From the IMG/VR virus record IMGVR_UViG_3300015245_000019: a DNA stretch of 43,164 bases; one strand, 5' to 3'. Below are positions 40,180-43,164 of this stretch, piece after piece; within the stretch, counting starts at the first letter, position 1; every line of letters starts with the position of its first letter. The position numbers and the translations under genes are program-made. The stretch comes from a virus. Under the pieces are notes generated by a model. It was not told where the DNA came from. It ran no database searches and saw only the letters and a list, made by a program, of their open reading frames with translations.

Positions 40180-40375
40180 CCTGAAGTACAGGAAACAGAG
40201 CGATCAAGATCTCATTCGAGAGCTGAGCCGAAAGGCCAAAGACCGGCTCAAGGCGCTCTCTCCGCCGGATACCACGATGTGGGCGCCGGGAGAGAGCCAG
40301 CCGGGTGTTGACACAGTCATCGCACAAACGCGGACACGTCCCAAGCGGGCGAAGCCCGCTGGAGGAGTGGCGTAA
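40172..40375 (+). CDS. Hypothetical protein
   Basis: 67 aa, GTG start overlapping the previous ORF by 8 nt. Its stop shares one base with the next ATG. Confidence 0.45.
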   Translation: MADLKYRKQSDQDLIRELSRKAKDRLKALSPPDTTMWAPGESQPGVDTVIAQTRTRPKRAKPAGGVA

Positions 40376-40611
40376 TGGCAAACGGAGATGCCAGGGCAGC
40401 GTTCGTAAAAAAGGCTGCCAAGCAGTTCAGCACGGGCAACTTTACGGCTTCTCAGACCGGGGCAAAGCAGTTCGCAAAAGCCAACTACGACAATGCCCAA
40501 ACCAAGGCGATGGTAGACGCGATCGGCGGGACGTCGGACTTCGAGAACATGATTAATGGAGCCCCTCCTGCCCCGCGCGCCCCGCGGCCCACGAGAACGA
40601 AAGGCAACTAG
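40375..40611 (+). CDS. Hypothetical protein
   Basis: 78-aa ORF with a TAATG junction upstream. The next ATG follows directly after its stop. Confidence 0.5.
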   Translation: MANGDARAAFVKKAAKQFSTGNFTASQTGAKQFAKANYDNAQTKAMVDAIGGTSDFENMINGAPPAPRAPRPTRTKGN

Positions 40612-40944
40612 ATGCCGACTTACAGCCTGAACATGGCCGATGAGAAGTTCATCAACCAAGTCCTTGAGCCGGAGGAATTGACCAGGCGGGTTCCCCGCCT
40701 GGCGACGTTCTTCGAGGGGATCAAAGAACAACGCGGAGCATTGGCCGATCTCGGAACGAAAGGGCCGAAGACAGGTTCTACTGGCTGGTGGAAGAACGGG
40801 ACGGCGCAGTATCTCGGTACTGTGCCGATCTCGGTCAAGATGGCGATTCAAGAGATCGACCCCGAGTTCTGGGAAGATCAGCGGAAAGTGATGCGCTTCT
40901 TCGCCACTCACCCCGAATACGTTGTCACGTCGGTGTCGAAATGA
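40612..40944 (+). CDS. Hypothetical protein
   Basis: 110-aa ORF. Its stop overlaps the glycosyltransferase ATG (ATGA). Confidence 0.55.
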   Translation: MPTYSLNMADEKFINQVLEPEELTRRVPRLATFFEGIKEQRGALADLGTKGPKTGSTGWWKNGTAQYLGTVPISVKMAIQEIDPEFWEDQRKVMRFFATHPEYVVTSVSK

Positions 40945-42254
40945 CCGAGCACAAGGACGGAGTGCCGTCGGAAGAGGCGTTCAAAGACCCGTCTCGGAGG
41001 CGCAGTCGCCCGAAGTTTGGGGTCTACGCCAAATCGATGGGGGAGAACAACGGCTGCCTTTACTACCGTGTGGAAGTCCCGACTCGGGGCCTCTTCAAGC
41101 TCGGCCTTGCAGAGGCATTTGTAGACGCGGGCCGTGGAGCCGTAGACGAGTCGATTGGGGCTCTCTTTTCTGCGGAGATCATCCTGAACTTCGCTCTTTC
41201 TGGCGGCTCTGTCGAGGCGGTGCTCAATGCTCTCTCGAACATGAGGTCGGGAAAGACGGATGACGGCAACGAGGTGATTTTCCCTCCGTCGTTCGTCTTC
41301 GACCTTGACGACCGGATCGACTACACACACCCGTTCAACCCGGCCTTTGTGCATCTGGGCGTTCGGGCTTACGACGGCACGCCGTTGAAGAATGGCGACC
41401 GGCTCGTGACGACCTTTCCGGACGGTACGGACGTCATCCTCTGGGAGGACGGTGTCACAAGGCACGAGGTGCAGCACGAGGTCGTCACGTTCGACGTAGA
41501 GCGGAACTGGCGGAGAGTTAACCAAGTCTTCGACACGGCCCGAAGGGCCGATGGCGTCACTGTGCCGTCGCCGGCACTGGCCGAGTTCTACCGAGAACTA
41601 GGCGCGAAGGACGTGTACATCTTCCCGAACTCGGTGATCCCGGAGGACTACCCTGCGCCGCAGCTTGTTCCGCGCCCCGAAGGGGCGGTCCGCATCATGT
41701 GGCAAGGTGGTGCGTCCCACATGGTGGATTGGTTCCCGCTCCGGGACGCGGTCAGAACCATTGCGTTGAAGTATCCGAAGGTCAAGTTCGTCATCTGGGG
41801 GACTCACTACCCGTGGATCCACGACAACATCCCGAAGGAGCAACTGGAACTGAAGAGTTGGGTCCCGTATGACGCCTACAAGCCGATGCGGGGCATCGTG
41901 GACGTGGACATCAACCTCTGTCCCCTCGTGGACAATGTCTTCAACAAGGGGAAAAGTGCCATCAAGTGGTACGAGTCCGTCCTTCCCTTCGAGCCGGAAG
42001 CAACGCTCGCGGCAAAAGCGGCTCCCTACAGTGACGAGATTGAAGACGGAAAGACCGGGCTCCTCTACAGCAGTCCCGAAGAGTTCGTCGAAAAACTGAG
42101 CGCCCTCATCGAGAACGTACAGCTGCGGAAGACACTCGCTCGCGAAGCGCGCTCCTGGGTGATCGCCAATCGGCACTACGAGAAGACGGTTCCCGGCCTT
42201 TTCGAGTTCTACCAACATTTACGCGCGCGTAAGCGCGTCGCCCTGGCGGCCTAA
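40941..42254 (+). CDS. GT-B fold glycosyltransferase (group-1 / CgeB-like C-terminal domain)
   Basis: 437 aa from the ATG at 40941. VRIMWQGGASH, KVKFVIWG, and LCPLVDNVFNKGKSAIKWYES...YSDEIEDGKTGLLYSSPEEFVEKLSALIENVQLRKTLAREA follow the GT1 C-terminal pattern. Confidence 0.6.
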   Translation: MTEHKDGVPSEEAFKDPSRRRSRPKFGVYAKSMGENNGCLYYRVEVPTRGLFKLGLAEAFVDAGRGAVDESIGALFSAEIILNFALSGGSVEAVLNALSNMRSGKTDDGNEVIFPPSFVFDLDDRIDYTHPFNPAFVHLGVRAYDGTPLKNGDRLVTTFPDGTDVILWEDGVTRHEVQHEVVTFDVERNWRRVNQVFDTARRADGVTVPSPALAEFYRELGAKDVYIFPNSVIPEDYPAPQLVPRPEGAVRIMWQGGASHMVDWFPLRDAVRTIALKYPKVKFVIWGTHYPWIHDNIPKEQLELKSWVPYDAYKPMRGIVDVDINLCPLVDNVFNKGKSAIKWYESVLPFEPEATLAAKAAPYSDEIEDGKTGLLYSSPEEFVEKLSALIENVQLRKTLAREARSWVIANRHYEKTVPGLFEFYQHLRARKRVALAA

Positions 42255-43164
42255 ATGGCGATGACGAGGGGCAATGCGAAGACGTACATCGCAAGAGCCC
42301 TTTCTGGATCTTCCGATACGGACCGGCTGGCTCAGGCGCAGGACGCCCTTTTCGCGGCCCTGCAAGAGTGGAATATCCGGAACGACTGGTCTTTTCTTTT
42401 GATGGACACCAGTAACGGCTTTTCCGTTGCCGCTTGTACGCAGACGCTGGGTAATACACTTACGACGGCAACGGCTGATGGTTTCGCCGCCGTCAATGTT
42501 GGACAGACTGCCGTCGGAGCCACGATCGGGACGGTCACCGTGACGGCTATCGTCTCGACGACGGTTGTAACTGTCTCGGGAGGCGCCAATAACGGCCCGG
42601 AGACGTTGGTTTTCTCCGCTGACATTCCGGTAAGGGCGACTTTCGATACCTACAACCTGCCGTCACCGGTAAAGCGACCGTACTCGGCGCGGCTTCTTAT
42701 CAACAACAAACGTCTTGAGTTCCGCGACCAGAGACGGATCGATCGGATGTTCTCGAACCTGAGCGTAGGAGGAGAGCCCGGCCTCTACAATGTGTTCAAC
42801 ACGGCATCCTTTTCGACAAGTACACAGAACGGAAAGGTGCGTCTTTTCCCTATTCCGAGTTCTGCGGAGACGCTCCGGGTACGGTATCACCGGCCGATTG
42901 CTGAAACCAATTCTGATGCTCTGAATCTAGACGTCCCGGATCGGTACGTCTACGCGCTTCTAGAGCTGGGCCGATACAACTACTTGAAGGATCTGGACTC
43001 GGAGAATCCACGGACCGGGGAAGCAAAGGAAAGGGCTGAACATTTGCTTCGCAGGGCAATCTGGGATGACACTCAGGGCTCTGCCGACAATGATATTCTT
43101 CTGATTCCGCACGTCGATCACGGGCAGTTCCGGCAAATTGACTCCTCGGACGCTATTCTCGAAG
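42255..43164 (+). CDS. Tail tubular protein A / adaptor (T7 gp11-like); continues across the circular join to base 88
   Basis: The ATG follows directly after the previous stop and the frame stays open to the window edge. After removing the duplicate 77 nt the total is about 306 aa. AQDALFAALQEWNIRNDWSFLL and VPDRYVYALLELGRYNYLKD parallel T7 gp11 [20 protein letters not shown] and [20 protein letters not shown] as I recall that sequence. The gp12-sized gene follows. Confidence 0.6.
   Translation, partial: MAMTRGNAKTYIARALSGSSDTDRLAQAQDALFAALQEWNIRNDWSFLLMDTSNGFSVAACTQTLGNTLTTATADGFAAVNVGQTAVGATIGTVTVTAIVSTTVVTVSGGANNGPETLVFSADIPVRATFDTYNLPSPVKRPYSARLLINNKRLEFRDQRRIDRMFSNLSVGGEPGLYNVFNTASFSTSTQNGKVRLFPIPSSAETLRVRYHRPIAETNSDALNLDVPDRYVYALLELGRYNYLKDLDSENPRTGEAKERAEHLLRRAIWDDTQGSADNDILLIPHVDHGQFRQIDSSDAILE
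43088..43164. repeat. Terminal direct repeat, copy 2 of 2
   Basis: Exact 77-nt copy of bases 1-77 at the right edge of the window. Confidence 0.97.

Overview
All protein-family calls below are by-eye motif recognition; no database search was run, and many starts are uncertain. The ORF track prints M for GTG and TTG starts.

The window is a complete, circularly closed phage genome. Bases 1-77 recur exactly at 43088-43164, so the unique length is 43,087 bp. One tail gene (42255 to 88) runs across the join.

**Rightward (+) late arm, about 31.08 kb across the join to 11.09 kb:**
- three coupled micro-ORFs
- a small-terminase candidate and the large terminase
- a DEDD exonuclease
- a T7-like portal, a scaffold and a DUF5309/HK97-type major capsid protein
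- several small proteins and a GT-B glycosyltransferase
- gp11-like and gp12-like tail-tube proteins and a tail fibre
- three internal-virion-protein candidates
- two membrane lysis candidates

**Leftward (-) early arm, about 30.36 kb down to 11.10 kb:**
- a chain of overlapping small ORFs leading into a low-GC island with a zinc-ribbon amidoligase and an Ntn amidotransferase
- a RepA-like helicase and an XRE regulator
- a lipoprotein plus secreted-protein block
- tRNA-Cys flanked by two paralogous small genes
- a PD-(D/E)XK nuclease
- a GT-A/GNAT fusion and a SAM methyltransferase
- an AEP primase-polymerase
- a Sak4-like ATPase and an SSB-like protein
- a PolA-like protein that seems to lack the polymerase active site
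- a CHAP/NlpC-like endolysin

I found no phage RNA polymerase, integrase, rRNA, CRISPR array or transposon.

**Most interesting signals:**
- the amidoligase/amidotransferase island
- a VYG[FY]GF hexapeptide shared by the micro-ORFs, two ORFs before terL and the capsid N-terminus
- the polymerase-dead PolA relic
- three glycan-type enzymes, one of them inside the virion operon
- a secreted protein with a T9SS-like C-terminal tail
- two repeat-rich control regions
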